Below, one piece after another: positions 16,006-26,207 of a stretch of 64,000 bases of DNA; within the stretch, counting starts at the first letter, position 1, and every line of letters starts with the position of its first letter. The notes under the pieces were generated by a model. That model had not been told where the DNA came from. It made no database searches and saw nothing but the letters and a program-made list of their open reading frames with translations. Origin of the DNA: a virus; the IMG/VR virus record IMGVR_UViG_3300045988_023742, positions 1-64,000 of that record; one strand, 5' to 3'. Made by a program: the position numbers and the translations under genes.

Positions 16006-16704
16006 ATGTCAGAAAGAGCTGCTTTTATTAAATTAGGTGTAGACAAAGGAGTCTATGATATAAATGAAATAAGAGATAGCTATAATAAATATAAAGATGG
16101 AGGTTATAAACCATCATCTTCAATAAGAAAGAGAATATCTAATTGGGAAGGCTCTTCTATGAAAACTAACAGAAGCTTTGAAGCAGAAGCTAGAGACTTT
16201 AATGCTTCTCTCCCTAAAGGAGCTACATCTAGATTAAGTCAAACACAGCTTGATGGATTATATAGTTATAGCTATAATGTTGGTGCAGGAAACTTCAGAA
16301 AGAGAGTTAACCCAGTTCTAACAAGATACTTAGCAGGACAGGCTACAATACAAGATGTACAGAGGTCTATGTGGGCTAGTAAGGATAATCAACTTAGAGG
16401 ATTAGCTAAAAGAAGAAATGCTGAAAGAGCTATGTTAGGTAATTATACTCCTATGGATTTTGGTCCTATGAGTAATACTACAACTATGATGATTAATCAT
16501 TATCTACCAGAAACCGAACTAATTAAGATTCCTCAATTACAGTTCAATGATATAATCAATATTCCTAAGCCTATAGAATTAGAGCCTTCTACACCTTATT
16601 CTAGTTCTGATATAGATTTTAGTGACCCAGGTAGTTCATTAGCTAATGCTCTTGATATAATACAAATGATAAGACGTCCTAGAAAGATTAATATTTATAC
16701 ATAA
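16006..16704 (+). CDS. Lysozyme-like (GH24-related) protein within the virion module
   Basis: ISNWEGS ... LSQTQLDGLYSYSYNVGAGNF ... AKRRNAERAML parallels the EG catalytic region and the ..QFDALVSFAYNVG.. and ..RR..E..LF blocks of phage lysozymes. ATG 16006 follows the upstream stop directly. Confidence 0.45.
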   Translation: MSERAAFIKLGVDKGVYDINEIRDSYNKYKDGGYKPSSSIRKRISNWEGSSMKTNRSFEAEARDFNASLPKGATSRLSQTQLDGLYSYSYNVGAGNFRKRVNPVLTRYLAGQATIQDVQRSMWASKDNQLRGLAKRRNAERAMLGNYTPMDFGPMSNTTTMMINHYLPETELIKIPQLQFNDIINIPKPIELEPSTPYSSSDIDFSDPGSSLANALDIIQMIRRPRKINIYT

Positions 16705-17390
16705 TGGAAAGATATATTTCAATTAAAGAAGTCTTAGATAATCTGCTTGATAATCCATTACTTCAAGATTTAACTCTTGAAAGAGTAGTCAATTATACAG
16801 TTGACTTCATAAGGAAGGTAGGTATGCCTAAGCTATATATAGAGAAGACAGCAAACCTTGAAATTAAAGAATATAGAGCATTACTTCCTTGTGACTTTCA
16901 TAAGATGATTCAAGTTAGAGCTTTTAAGGAAGGTTATAGTCAAGTATTTAGAAGTTCCACTGATAACTTTCATCTGTCAAAAGATAAAGGAGATTCATAT
17001 GACTTGACATATAAATTACAAGGTCAAGCTATTTATACCTCTATGAAGGATGGTACAATAGAGATAGCTTATCAGGCTATTCCTGTTGATTGTGATGGTT
17101 ATCCAATGATAGCTGACAATAGCTCCTTTAGAGAAGCATTAGAGCTTTATATTACTAAAAAAAGGTACAAAGTATTATTTGATACAGGTAAGATTAAAGG
17201 TGATGTTTATAGCTCTACTTGTCAAGATTATGCTTTTGCTGTAGGTCAAGCTCAGACGAGCTTAATAATGCCTACAATTGATGAAATGGAATCAATAACT
17301 AATTCATGGAATACATTGGTTCCTAGAGTTACAGAGCATAAGATGGGATTCATTAATAATGGTTCAAAGGAAACCTTTAAGCAGCAATAA
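16704..17390 (+). CDS. Virion or tail protein of unknown function
   Basis: 228-aa ORF with TAATG coupling at both ends. Confidence 0.55.
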   Translation: MERYISIKEVLDNLLDNPLLQDLTLERVVNYTVDFIRKVGMPKLYIEKTANLEIKEYRALLPCDFHKMIQVRAFKEGYSQVFRSSTDNFHLSKDKGDSYDLTYKLQGQAIYTSMKDGTIEIAYQAIPVDCDGYPMIADNSSFREALELYITKKRYKVLFDTGKIKGDVYSSTCQDYAFAVGQAQTSLIMPTIDEMESITNSWNTLVPRVTEHKMGFINNGSKETFKQQ

Positions 17391-20300
17391 TGATGAAACA
17401 AGATTTTCATGTTTTCCAAGGTATGAGACAGGATAATCATCCTATTAGACAAGAGTCTAAATACCTTTGGGAAGCACATAATATAAGATTTACAGCTAGG
17501 GATAATAATACTCTATTATCAATGACAAATGAAAGAGGACCTAAGAATGCTGAAGTAATAATTATAGGTTCTTATGTAGGACATTGTGTAGTAGGAGATT
17601 ACCTAGTTGTATTTACTGCTAGTACATCAGTTAATGATGGTGCAACAGAAACAGAGAATCTTATTTACAGATTAGAAAAAAATGAAAAGAGCTGGGCTTT
17701 TGGTGAAAGTAGTTGGGATTCTTCTATAATATATAGAGGAAATCTTAATATGGATACTAAGCATCCAGCTCAAACATTGGGAATTTACGAAGGTGAATTA
17801 GTTCAAAAAGTATATTGGGTAGATGGTAAGAATCAACCAAGGTCAATAAATATTGTAGCTGATAAATTACGCTATAATAAAGATATATCAGAGCTTACAG
17901 AAGAAGAGAAATCTAAATTATATCCTCAAGGCTGTTTTGATTTTACTCAAGAACTAGAACTTAATGAAGAGGTAACTGTTACTAGAGAAGAAGGTGGTGG
18001 AGCATTTTCACCTGGAACTATTCAATATGCTTTTTCCTATTATAATAGATATGGACAAGAAAGTAATATATTTTATACTACAGAGTTATACAATACTTCA
18101 TTTGTTACTAGAGGAGGAAGCCCTGAAGATATAGTTGGCAATACCTTTCATATTAGTATTAAAAATCCAGAAACTAACTTTCAATATCTTAGAATATATT
18201 CTATCCATAGAACATCTCTTGATGCTACTCCTATAGTGAAAATAGTAACTGATATAGAAATTACAGGAAGTGATGAAATAACTTATGTAGATACAGGATT
18301 AACAGGAACTGATATAGACCCTACAAAGATGTTATATATTGGAGGTGAATCTATTATTGCAGGAACTATAACTGAAAAAGATAATACATTGTTCTTAGGT
18401 AATATAGAGTTAAAGAGAGACAGTATTCCTGATTCTATAAAAAATATTCTAAAAAATTCTGTAGCTAATAATAAAATATCAATAGGAACTAGAACAATAG
18501 AACTTAATAGTGTTGATGACTCAGATGCTGTTTATGAATATAATAATCAGCTTGTTGTTGGTAATACATCATCATTTAAAATAGGTGATACCTATAGACT
18601 TGGTATTCAATTCCAACATAAGACAGGAAAATGGTCTGAACCTTTATGGTTAGGTAATTATGATGTTCCTAGAAATAATAAACCACACAGAGATGGAGAT
18701 AACATCGTAGTTCCAAAAATGACATTTAATCTAGATGATGATACAAAGAATACTCTTTCAAGTTTAGGATATAAGAGAGCTAGAGCATTAGTAGTATTAC
18801 CATCTATTTATGATAGAATGGTATTAGCCCAAGGTATATTATGTCCTACTGTATTTTGTGTAAAGGATAGAGTTTCTAATACTCCATTTGCTCAGTCCTC
18901 TTGGTTCTTTAGACCTATGTCTTCAAATATAAATAATTCTACTGATATAGATAAAGGTGCTACTGTAGCATTTGCACACTTAGACCCATTAAAGACAGGT
19001 AGTGATAGAGGAGCTGAAATACAAAGTATGATTTCAACTAACTTTATGGCAGCTAATAACAGTGCAAAAAATGATAAAGCTACTAATAATAATGCATTCT
19101 TTATTGACCAATCTATTATTACTATGCACTCTCCTGATATAGAGTTTGATAATAGTACAAAACAAGCACTAGAAGGTGGAGACTTTGAGCTTGATATAGT
19201 AGGTTTAGTAGAGTTTAAATCAAATGCTGGAGATATTACTATACAGACTTCTTCATCAGTTCCTGCTCCTAATGATAATGGATTCTTCCACAAATCTTTT
19301 CTTACTACAAACTATGAGAATAGAGGAATGGTAGCAGGAATGTTCTATAAGAGTCACTTTATAGATGATACGGATAATGGCAATACATTCTATGCATATA
19401 ATGCTAAAGAACAAAACTGGGAATTAAATTGGTTAGTATATCCTTGGCAGAGGTCAGGTTCATTAAACAATGATGCAGTAAGACCTGAGAAAAGTGGTAC
19501 TAGAACTTCTGTATTAAAAAGAAAGGTAATATCTAATATTAGATTTTCACCTGATACTAGATGGCTTGATTTTCCTTGGAGTTCAGAAAAGAAAACTAAT
19601 GATGACTTAAAGAATGGAATTACTCCAGTATCTATATTTGATAGTAATGAAATCTCTCTTATAAAGATTCCTACTCCTAAGAACTCTGGTATTAGAGCAT
19701 TAAACTATTATGGTAATGTAGATACTTTAGTTACTACAGACGCTAAATATACTTTTTATGTAAGTCCTAATGCTGGTGTAGATATACAAGGTTCAGGTGT
19801 AGTAGCTAATCCATTTACAAGAGTTCCATTACAAAACATTAGAGACAATTATGGAAGTGGTTTTGTAGGTGATTATGCAGCTCAGCTTAAGGAAGCTAAT
19901 GAACCTGTTAGAATGAAATATAAGTCTACAGCCCATGCAGTATTTGCTTTTAATTACTTGGATAACTTTTCTCCTGTTATTTTACCTAGATTAGGAGAAT
20001 TAAATGGGTATACAGGAACTAATGCTATTCCATTTTGGTCTAATGTAAAACCTACAGGACCTTCCCTTGAAAACTATGAAGAAGCTGTTATACAATATGT
20101 ATATTACAATTCTGCTACACCTTCTGAAATAGAGAAAAGTGTGTTGAATATGCTAAAACAGTCCTCTAAATTATATGGTTATACTCAGTCTGGATTATAT
20201 GCTATATGTACTTGTTCAGTAAGAGGTACAAGTACCAGCTATGCTGACTTATATGTATCTACAGGCATTATTGTAGATGGAGTAACTGAATGGATGAAGG

Positions 20301-21946
20301 TGAATCTTTCAAGCAGTGATGTAAATAAAAATTATAGATTCAAGAATACAGAATCATATTGGAAAGTTTCTTATATTGGTTATGGCTATGCTCTAGTTCA
20401 AATAGCTGCTAGTGATAAATATTCTGTTAAACAAGATAATATTGGAGTCTATAATCCAAGAGCTTGCCTATATATGGCTGAATTAAAAAGAAAGTCAAAG
20501 CCTGATAATATGTTTGGTGGAGATACTGAGGAAGCTCTTAAAAGTAATTCTTGGATACCTGCTGGACCTAGTGTTTCATTAGATAGTCCTATTGAGTTTA
20601 AATATGGAGATACATATTATCAAAGATATGATTGCTTAAAAACTTATGCTTTTACTACTGAAGATGAAAATAGTGTAGTAGAGATTGCCTCTTTCATGTG
20701 TGAGTCTAGAACTAATCTAGATGGTAGATATGATAGAAATAGAGGTCAAATTAGTAATCTCAATATTTCTCCTACTAACTTTAATTTAATGAATCCTATC
20801 TACTCTCAAAGAGATAATTTCTTTAACTACAGAATACTTGATAAGGAGTATTATAGAAATAATAAGTATCCTACACAAGTAGTATGGTCAATGGAGAAAT
20901 CTTATCTTGAAGATATAGATACTTGGGCTAATATTACATTAGCCAATTCATTAGATTTAAGTGGAAGTGCTGGTTCTATTACATCTATTGAAACATTCAA
21001 TGATACTCTAATAGCATTTCAAGAGCAGTCAATAAGTCAAATTCTATTTAATAGTAGAGTACAAATACCTACATCTGATGGTACTCCTGTAGAGATTACT
21101 AATAACTATAAGGTTGATGGAACTAGACCAATTAGTGATGTTGTAGGATGTCAAGATAAGTGGGCAATAGCTAAATCTCCTGTAGGTCTCTATTTTGTAG
21201 ATAGCAGTACTGATACATTATATCTATATAATGGTCAACTACAAGATATGAGTACACAACTTGGAGGTAAATCTTGGATGAGAAATTACCATGCAAAGGA
21301 ACAATGGAATCCTAATAGTACTTCAGCAATTAGATTAAGTTATGACCCAAAGAACAAAGACTTATATCTAAGTCCTACTAGTGACAAGGATAATGAGAAT
21401 ACTCTATGTTACTCAGAACAATTAGGTCAGTTCACATCATTAATGAGTTATAGTAGAGCTATAATGTTTCCAGTTGGAAATGATTTCTTCTCTATTACTA
21501 ATGATAGTGAAACTTCAACAAGTCTATGGGAGAACTTTAAGGGAGACTATAATTTCTTCTTTGGTGAGTTTAAAGCTCCGAGATTTACTTATATATGTAA
21601 TGAGGATGCTGCTTATACCAAGATATTTGACACTATTGAGTATAGAGCTGATGTTTATGATAAGGATGGAAACTTAGTATCTAATAGGTCTTTTGATTGG
21701 ATTAGAGCAGCTGATGAATATCAAAATACTGGTAGAAAGAATCTAAGTCAATCTAGAAGAACTATTAATGATACTTCCTTAAGAAAGAAATTTAGAGTGT
21801 GGAGGAGTCAAATTCCTAGAGAAGGAAGAGAGAGAATTAGAAATCCTTGGGCTTCAATTAGTCTAGGTTTTAATGAATCTCCAGACGTAGATTATAATAA
21901 ATTTCATTTCATTTTACATGATATTTCAACTAAATATACAATCTAA
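17390..21946 (+). CDS. Large tail-associated structural protein (1518 aa)
   Basis: Long intact ORF at the end of an operon, followed by a terminator. Its size and position fit the large tail proteins of crAss-like phages, but I recognised no motif. Confidence 0.6.
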   Translation: MMKQDFHVFQGMRQDNHPIRQESKYLWEAHNIRFTARDNNTLLSMTNERGPKNAEVIIIGSYVGHCVVGDYLVVFTASTSVNDGATETENLIYRLEKNEKSWAFGESSWDSSIIYRGNLNMDTKHPAQTLGIYEGELVQKVYWVDGKNQPRSINIVADKLRYNKDISELTEEEKSKLYPQGCFDFTQELELNEEVTVTREEGGGAFSPGTIQYAFSYYNRYGQESNIFYTTELYNTSFVTRGGSPEDIVGNTFHISIKNPETNFQYLRIYSIHRTSLDATPIVKIVTDIEITGSDEITYVDTGLTGTDIDPTKMLYIGGESIIAGTITEKDNTLFLGNIELKRDSIPDSIKNILKNSVANNKISIGTRTIELNSVDDSDAVYEYNNQLVVGNTSSFKIGDTYRLGIQFQHKTGKWSEPLWLGNYDVPRNNKPHRDGDNIVVPKMTFNLDDDTKNTLSSLGYKRARALVVLPSIYDRMVLAQGILCPTVFCVKDRVSNTPFAQSSWFFRPMSSNINNSTDIDKGATVAFAHLDPLKTGSDRGAEIQSMISTNFMAANNSAKNDKATNNNAFFIDQSIITMHSPDIEFDNSTKQALEGGDFELDIVGLVEFKSNAGDITIQTSSSVPAPNDNGFFHKSFLTTNYENRGMVAGMFYKSHFIDDTDNGNTFYAYNAKEQNWELNWLVYPWQRSGSLNNDAVRPEKSGTRTSVLKRKVISNIRFSPDTRWLDFPWSSEKKTNDDLKNGITPVSIFDSNEISLIKIPTPKNSGIRALNYYGNVDTLVTTDAKYTFYVSPNAGVDIQGSGVVANPFTRVPLQNIRDNYGSGFVGDYAAQLKEANEPVRMKYKSTAHAVFAFNYLDNFSPVILPRLGELNGYTGTNAIPFWSNVKPTGPSLENYEEAVIQYVYYNSATPSEIEKSVLNMLKQSSKLYGYTQSGLYAICTCSVRGTSTSYADLYVSTGIIVDGVTEWMKVNLSSSDVNKNYRFKNTESYWKVSYIGYGYALVQIAASDKYSVKQDNIGVYNPRACLYMAELKRKSKPDNMFGGDTEEALKSNSWIPAGPSVSLDSPIEFKYGDTYYQRYDCLKTYAFTTEDENSVVEIASFMCESRTNLDGRYDRNRGQISNLNISPTNFNLMNPIYSQRDNFFNYRILDKEYYRNNKYPTQVVWSMEKSYLEDIDTWANITLANSLDLSGSAGSITSIETFNDTLIAFQEQSISQILFNSRVQIPTSDGTPVEITNNYKVDGTRPISDVVGCQDKWAIAKSPVGLYFVDSSTDTLYLYNGQLQDMSTQLGGKSWMRNYHAKEQWNPNSTSAIRLSYDPKNKDLYLSPTSDKDNENTLCYSEQLGQFTSLMSYSRAIMFPVGNDFFSITNDSETSTSLWENFKGDYNFFFGEFKAPRFTYICNEDAAYTKIFDTIEYRADVYDKDGNLVSNRSFDWIRAADEYQNTGRKNLSQSRRTINDTSLRKKFRVWRSQIPREGRERIRNPWASISLGFNESPDVDYNKFHFILHDISTKYTI

Positions 21947-21951
21947 TTTAA

Positions 21952-21990
21952 TAGGGATATAAGAGAAATCTTATGTCCCTATTATTTTTA
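21952..21990 (+). terminator. Rho-independent terminator
   Basis: 12-bp stem, tagggatataag (21952-21963) with cttatgtcccta (21970-21981), with one G-U pair and a T-rich tail. Confidence 0.65.
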
Positions 21991-22000
21991 TACTTAAATA

Positions 22001-22032
22001 TTTGGTAATATCATCTATTTTATGTACCTTTG
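22001..22032 (+). promoter_or_regulatory. Bacteroidota-type promoter of the operon for the giant virion proteins
   Basis: TTTG (22001-22004), 20 nt spacer, TACCTTTG (22025-22032), followed by CAC. Confidence 0.6.
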
Positions 22033-22052
22033 CACAAGTAAACTTATAAGTT

Positions 22053-24719
22053 ATGGCTAATAGAATTAATAATAGAAGATATAATAAGCTATTAAGTTAT
22101 AGAAATAACTATTATATGTATGGAAGTCAGATGCAAAATAACTCATACAGACTTAATGGTAGATACTCTACTCCTGCTATTGTAGATGGTATGGGTGGAG
22201 CACAGAATCCTAGTCAAGGTTATGAAGCACCTCAGCCTCCTTCTATAAAGCAACCAGGATTATTTGGTAATCTTGGAGAAACACTAAAGAGTGGGTTTCA
22301 GTCAGGTGCTCTTAATGGTGCTGCTACTGCCGTTGGTGGTATGATAGGAGGTGCTATTGGAGGTGGAATGTCTAGTGGTGTAGGAAATACAATAGATAGT
22401 TTGGGTAACTTAGCTAGTGCCATTCCAGGACCTTGGGGTGCAGTAGCAGGAGCTGGTCTAAAAGTCATTGGAGGCTTAACAAATAGAATGTTTGGTTCTA
22501 AAATGAACAAAGAAAATATTGCTAATGTTGAAGGTACCATTAATAGACTTAATAGTTTCCAATCAGATGCAAGTAACTTTGATACTTTAGCTGATACTTG
22601 GGGAAGCACTGCTATGGGAAATAATTTCTCTAATAAGTATATTGGTAAGGATGGTTGGTTCTCTCATAAGGCAAAGAAAAAAGCAAGAAAGCTAAGAGAA
22701 CAAATGGAATTAGCTAATGCTTTTGCTGAGAATACATTACAAAACAATGCTGATAATATTACAGAAACTACAATGAATAATCTAGAAGCAAACTATGCAG
22801 CTTTAGGAGGATTTCTTAATCAATATGCTGATGGTGGAGGTATTTATATCAATCCTAAGAATAGAGGTAAATTCAATGCCACTAAAGAAAGAACTGGAAA
22901 AACTACAGAGGAGCTAACACATAGTAAGAATCCATTAACTCGAAAGAGAGCAATATTTGCTCAGAATGCAGCAAAGTGGCATCATGCTTTTGGTGGTGAG
23001 TTAAATACTAATGGTGGAGATTTTTCTACAGGACTTATGTTTATTGATGAAGGAGGCACACATGAAAGTAATCCTTATGAAGGTGTTCCTATGGGTGTAG
23101 CTCCTGATGGTAAACCTAACCTAGTTGAGGAAGGAGAGGCTATATACAATGACTATGTATTTAGTAATAGATTAACTGTTCCTAAAGCTATAAGAAATAA
23201 ATATAAGCTAAGAGGAACTAAAGATTTGACTTTTGCTGATGCTGTTAAGCAGATTTCTAAGAATGCCACAGAAAGACCTAATGACTCTATTAGTCAAGAA
23301 ACCTTACATGAGATAATGTCTGATTTAGCTCAGACACAAGAAGGTGTTAGAGAAGAAGCTCATGAAGGAAATAGATTTGATACAGGTGGTTTCACATATA
23401 AACCATATAAATATGTAGCTGGATATAATGGTGGATGGTTTGATAGTGATAGCAATTATACTAAAGACTACTTAGATAAAGTCAATAGTATGAATATTGC
23501 TGATATAAATAATGCCTTTAATGAACAATATAAATTCTATAGTAATGATGCTAATAAAGGCACTGATAGATGGAAAGCTATTGATGCCTTCTACACAGCT
23601 AATCCTCAGTATAAAGTATCTAGTACTAATCTTACTGATGCTGCTCTGCCAAGTATTAGAAAGTTAGCAACTGATGGTAATCCAGGATTTATGCATCAAT
23701 TCTTTAATGATGCAACTCCTATAAAGAGAGCTAACAGATATTTCTTAAGAGGTACAGATGCACAAGGTAATCCTATTGCAACTCCTATGAAAACAACTCC
23801 TTGGGAAGGTCTTAATGAGAAAGGTCAAAGTTTTGCTGAAGCTTTTCCTACTTATAGCTTCAAGGGAAAACAAGAAAGACCTGTAGAAGGAAATACTATC
23901 TATACTGATTATTACTATGATGAAAAGAAACCTTTAGAAACTCCTTCTCCTGAGGAGAAGCCTGAAGATACTCAGGAGATTAAAAATAGTTATGAAGGTT
24001 GGAGATTTGCTCCTGCTATTGGTTTAGGTATGGCAGCATTATCAGATGCTTTGGGTATTACTAATAATCCAGATTATACTGAGGCAGCTCAAATAGAGGC
24101 AGCTACAAGAGGAGGTTCTTATATGCCTGTATCATGGAATCCTATTGGTAACAAACTTACCTATAGACCATTTGATAGAGATTACTATATTAATAAACTT
24201 AATGCAGAAGCTGGTGCTACAAGGAGAGCTCTAGCCAATCAAAGTGGTGGCAATAGTGGTAGAGCAATGGCAGGCATTCTTGCTGCTGACTATAATGCTC
24301 AAGATAGATTAGGTGACTTATTTAGAAAGTCTGAAGAGTATAATCTAGAACAAAGACAAAAGGTTGAAGACTTTAATAGAGCTACTAATCAAGCTAACTC
24401 ACAAGGTGAACTGCAAGCTGATATGGCTAATCAGCAAGCCTATGCAAGTGCAAGAGACTATGCTCTTAAGGGCATAATGGCTGCTGCTGAAATGAGACAA
24501 AAGGCTAGAATGGCTGCTGAAGCTGCTAAGTCTGCTAATCTAAGTGGGTTCTTATCTGCTCTTGGTGATATAGGTTATGAGAATAAAGGTATGAACATGG
24601 TGAGACAACTTTATGCTACTGGTGCTCTTGGTCCTATGTCTAGAGCACAGGCAGAAGGGTTCAATCTTGTGAAGTCAAAGCCTAAGAAGAAAAAGTCAAA
24701 GAGTTTAACAAGAAAGTAA
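22053..24719 (+). CDS. Virion protein with an N-terminal glycine-zipper region and a poly-Lys tail (candidate ejected or membrane-active protein)
   Basis: 888 aa. GLFGNLG...GAATAVGGMIGGAIGGGMSSGVGN...GPWGAVAGAGLKVIGG contains repeated small-xxx-small spacing. The C-terminus is KSKPKKKKSKSLTRK. Confidence 0.55.
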   Translation: MANRINNRRYNKLLSYRNNYYMYGSQMQNNSYRLNGRYSTPAIVDGMGGAQNPSQGYEAPQPPSIKQPGLFGNLGETLKSGFQSGALNGAATAVGGMIGGAIGGGMSSGVGNTIDSLGNLASAIPGPWGAVAGAGLKVIGGLTNRMFGSKMNKENIANVEGTINRLNSFQSDASNFDTLADTWGSTAMGNNFSNKYIGKDGWFSHKAKKKARKLREQMELANAFAENTLQNNADNITETTMNNLEANYAALGGFLNQYADGGGIYINPKNRGKFNATKERTGKTTEELTHSKNPLTRKRAIFAQNAAKWHHAFGGELNTNGGDFSTGLMFIDEGGTHESNPYEGVPMGVAPDGKPNLVEEGEAIYNDYVFSNRLTVPKAIRNKYKLRGTKDLTFADAVKQISKNATERPNDSISQETLHEIMSDLAQTQEGVREEAHEGNRFDTGGFTYKPYKYVAGYNGGWFDSDSNYTKDYLDKVNSMNIADINNAFNEQYKFYSNDANKGTDRWKAIDAFYTANPQYKVSSTNLTDAALPSIRKLATDGNPGFMHQFFNDATPIKRANRYFLRGTDAQGNPIATPMKTTPWEGLNEKGQSFAEAFPTYSFKGKQERPVEGNTIYTDYYYDEKKPLETPSPEEKPEDTQEIKNSYEGWRFAPAIGLGMAALSDALGITNNPDYTEAAQIEAATRGGSYMPVSWNPIGNKLTYRPFDRDYYINKLNAEAGATRRALANQSGGNSGRAMAGILAADYNAQDRLGDLFRKSEEYNLEQRQKVEDFNRATNQANSQGELQADMANQQAYASARDYALKGIMAAAEMRQKARMAAEAAKSANLSGFLSALGDIGYENKGMNMVRQLYATGALGPMSRAQAEGFNLVKSKPKKKKSKSLTRK

Positions 24720-24720
24720 T

Positions 24721-26205
24721 ATGCAGTTAGTTATAGATAGTAAATTTAGACCATTCTCTTATGATGAGCTTATTAAGCCTTTAGTACAATATAAGGAGAC
24801 TTATGATAAGGTAGAGGCAGACTACTCTAACTTAGCTGCTCAAACAGAACAATGGAAAGACATTGCAAATCAGACACAGAGTCCTGAAGCTTATGCAATG
24901 TATAGCAAGTATGCTAATGATTTAAATAATATAGTAGATGATTTTAGCAAGGGAATGACTCTTCAAAATAGAAGTCAACTCCTTGCTATGAAAAGAAGGT
25001 ATGCTAGTGATATTAAGCCTATAGAAAATGCTGCTAATAGAAGAAAAGAATTAGCTGATGAACAAAGAAGAATAGATGCTCAAGACCCAACAAGGTTATG
25101 GCAAAGAAGAGCATCAGATATGAGTTTAGATGAATTTATTCATAATCCTTCTGCTGACTATGGAAAGGGAATAAGTGGAGCTGCATTAACTGCACAAGTA
25201 GCAGCAGGTGCTTCTGCTCTAGCTAAGGAGTTTAGAGATAACCCTGAAAAGATGAGAAAGCTTGTAGGAGGTGACTATTATGAGTATGTTAAACAAAGAG
25301 GTTTCAGTAGTCAAGCAGTTCTTGCAGCTATCATGAATAATCCAGATGCTTCTCCTGTATTAACTAATTTAGTAGAGTCTACTATGGATGCTACAGGAGT
25401 AAAGGATTGGGGAAGTAAGTCAACCATAGAACAAGCATATAATTATGCAAGACAGGGATTATGGAATGCTGTAGGTCAGGATGAAGCTCAGTTAGTTAAT
25501 AACTGGAGAGCACAAGAAAATCTAAGTAATGCTCATGCTATGGCTAGACAGAAAGCAGCTCAAGAGTTCCAAAAGAGTGAAAGAGAGGCTACACAAAGAT
25601 TTCAAAGAGAACAGACTGCACCTAGAGAAATAATTGGTGCTGATGGAAAGGGAACAGGTAGTTACTATGACCCTAAGATTGGAATGGTAGTTGATAAAAA
25701 TGGTAGAGTAATGCAAGGACAAAATGGAAATGTTTCAAAGGTAGGAACTGGTAATCAAGGTGGTACTAAGTCTACTCCTGTAGATAACATGGGAAATAGT
25801 CAAAGTGACTTTAAGAAAGTTTCTAGTGTCAAGGGACAGTCTAACAGTATGGAGAAACTAGGTTATACTCCTTTATTTGGTCTTGCTAAGCTTGATGGAA
25901 CTTGGAGTACAGGAGAACAAGGAGATGACCTGCAAGGTGTAGGACTAGGAGGAACTAGAAGTAAATTAAGGTCAAGTTGGTATTGGGGAAACTATAATCT
26001 GAATCAGAAGGATGTGACTTATGTAGACCCAGGTCCAAATAATGATTATCCATCAATTCCTCAAAAAGCTAAAGAAGCTTTAGCTAAGCAGCTACAAACT
26101 TCAAATATAAGGGAAGGACAAGATATTCAAATAGTAAGAGTTCACTCTAGAGGTAGTGGTACTTCTGGAGAAGACTATGATTATGTAATTTGTGTAAGTC
26201 AATAA
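24721..26205 (+). CDS. Virion protein of unknown function
   Basis: 494-aa ORF between two virion-protein genes. Confidence 0.55.
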   Translation: MQLVIDSKFRPFSYDELIKPLVQYKETYDKVEADYSNLAAQTEQWKDIANQTQSPEAYAMYSKYANDLNNIVDDFSKGMTLQNRSQLLAMKRRYASDIKPIENAANRRKELADEQRRIDAQDPTRLWQRRASDMSLDEFIHNPSADYGKGISGAALTAQVAAGASALAKEFRDNPEKMRKLVGGDYYEYVKQRGFSSQAVLAAIMNNPDASPVLTNLVESTMDATGVKDWGSKSTIEQAYNYARQGLWNAVGQDEAQLVNNWRAQENLSNAHAMARQKAAQEFQKSEREATQRFQREQTAPREIIGADGKGTGSYYDPKIGMVVDKNGRVMQGQNGNVSKVGTGNQGGTKSTPVDNMGNSQSDFKKVSSVKGQSNSMEKLGYTPLFGLAKLDGTWSTGEQGDDLQGVGLGGTRSKLRSSWYWGNYNLNQKDVTYVDPGPNNDYPSIPQKAKEALAKQLQTSNIREGQDIQIVRVHSRGSGTSGEDYDYVICVSQ

Positions 26206-26207
26206 TT

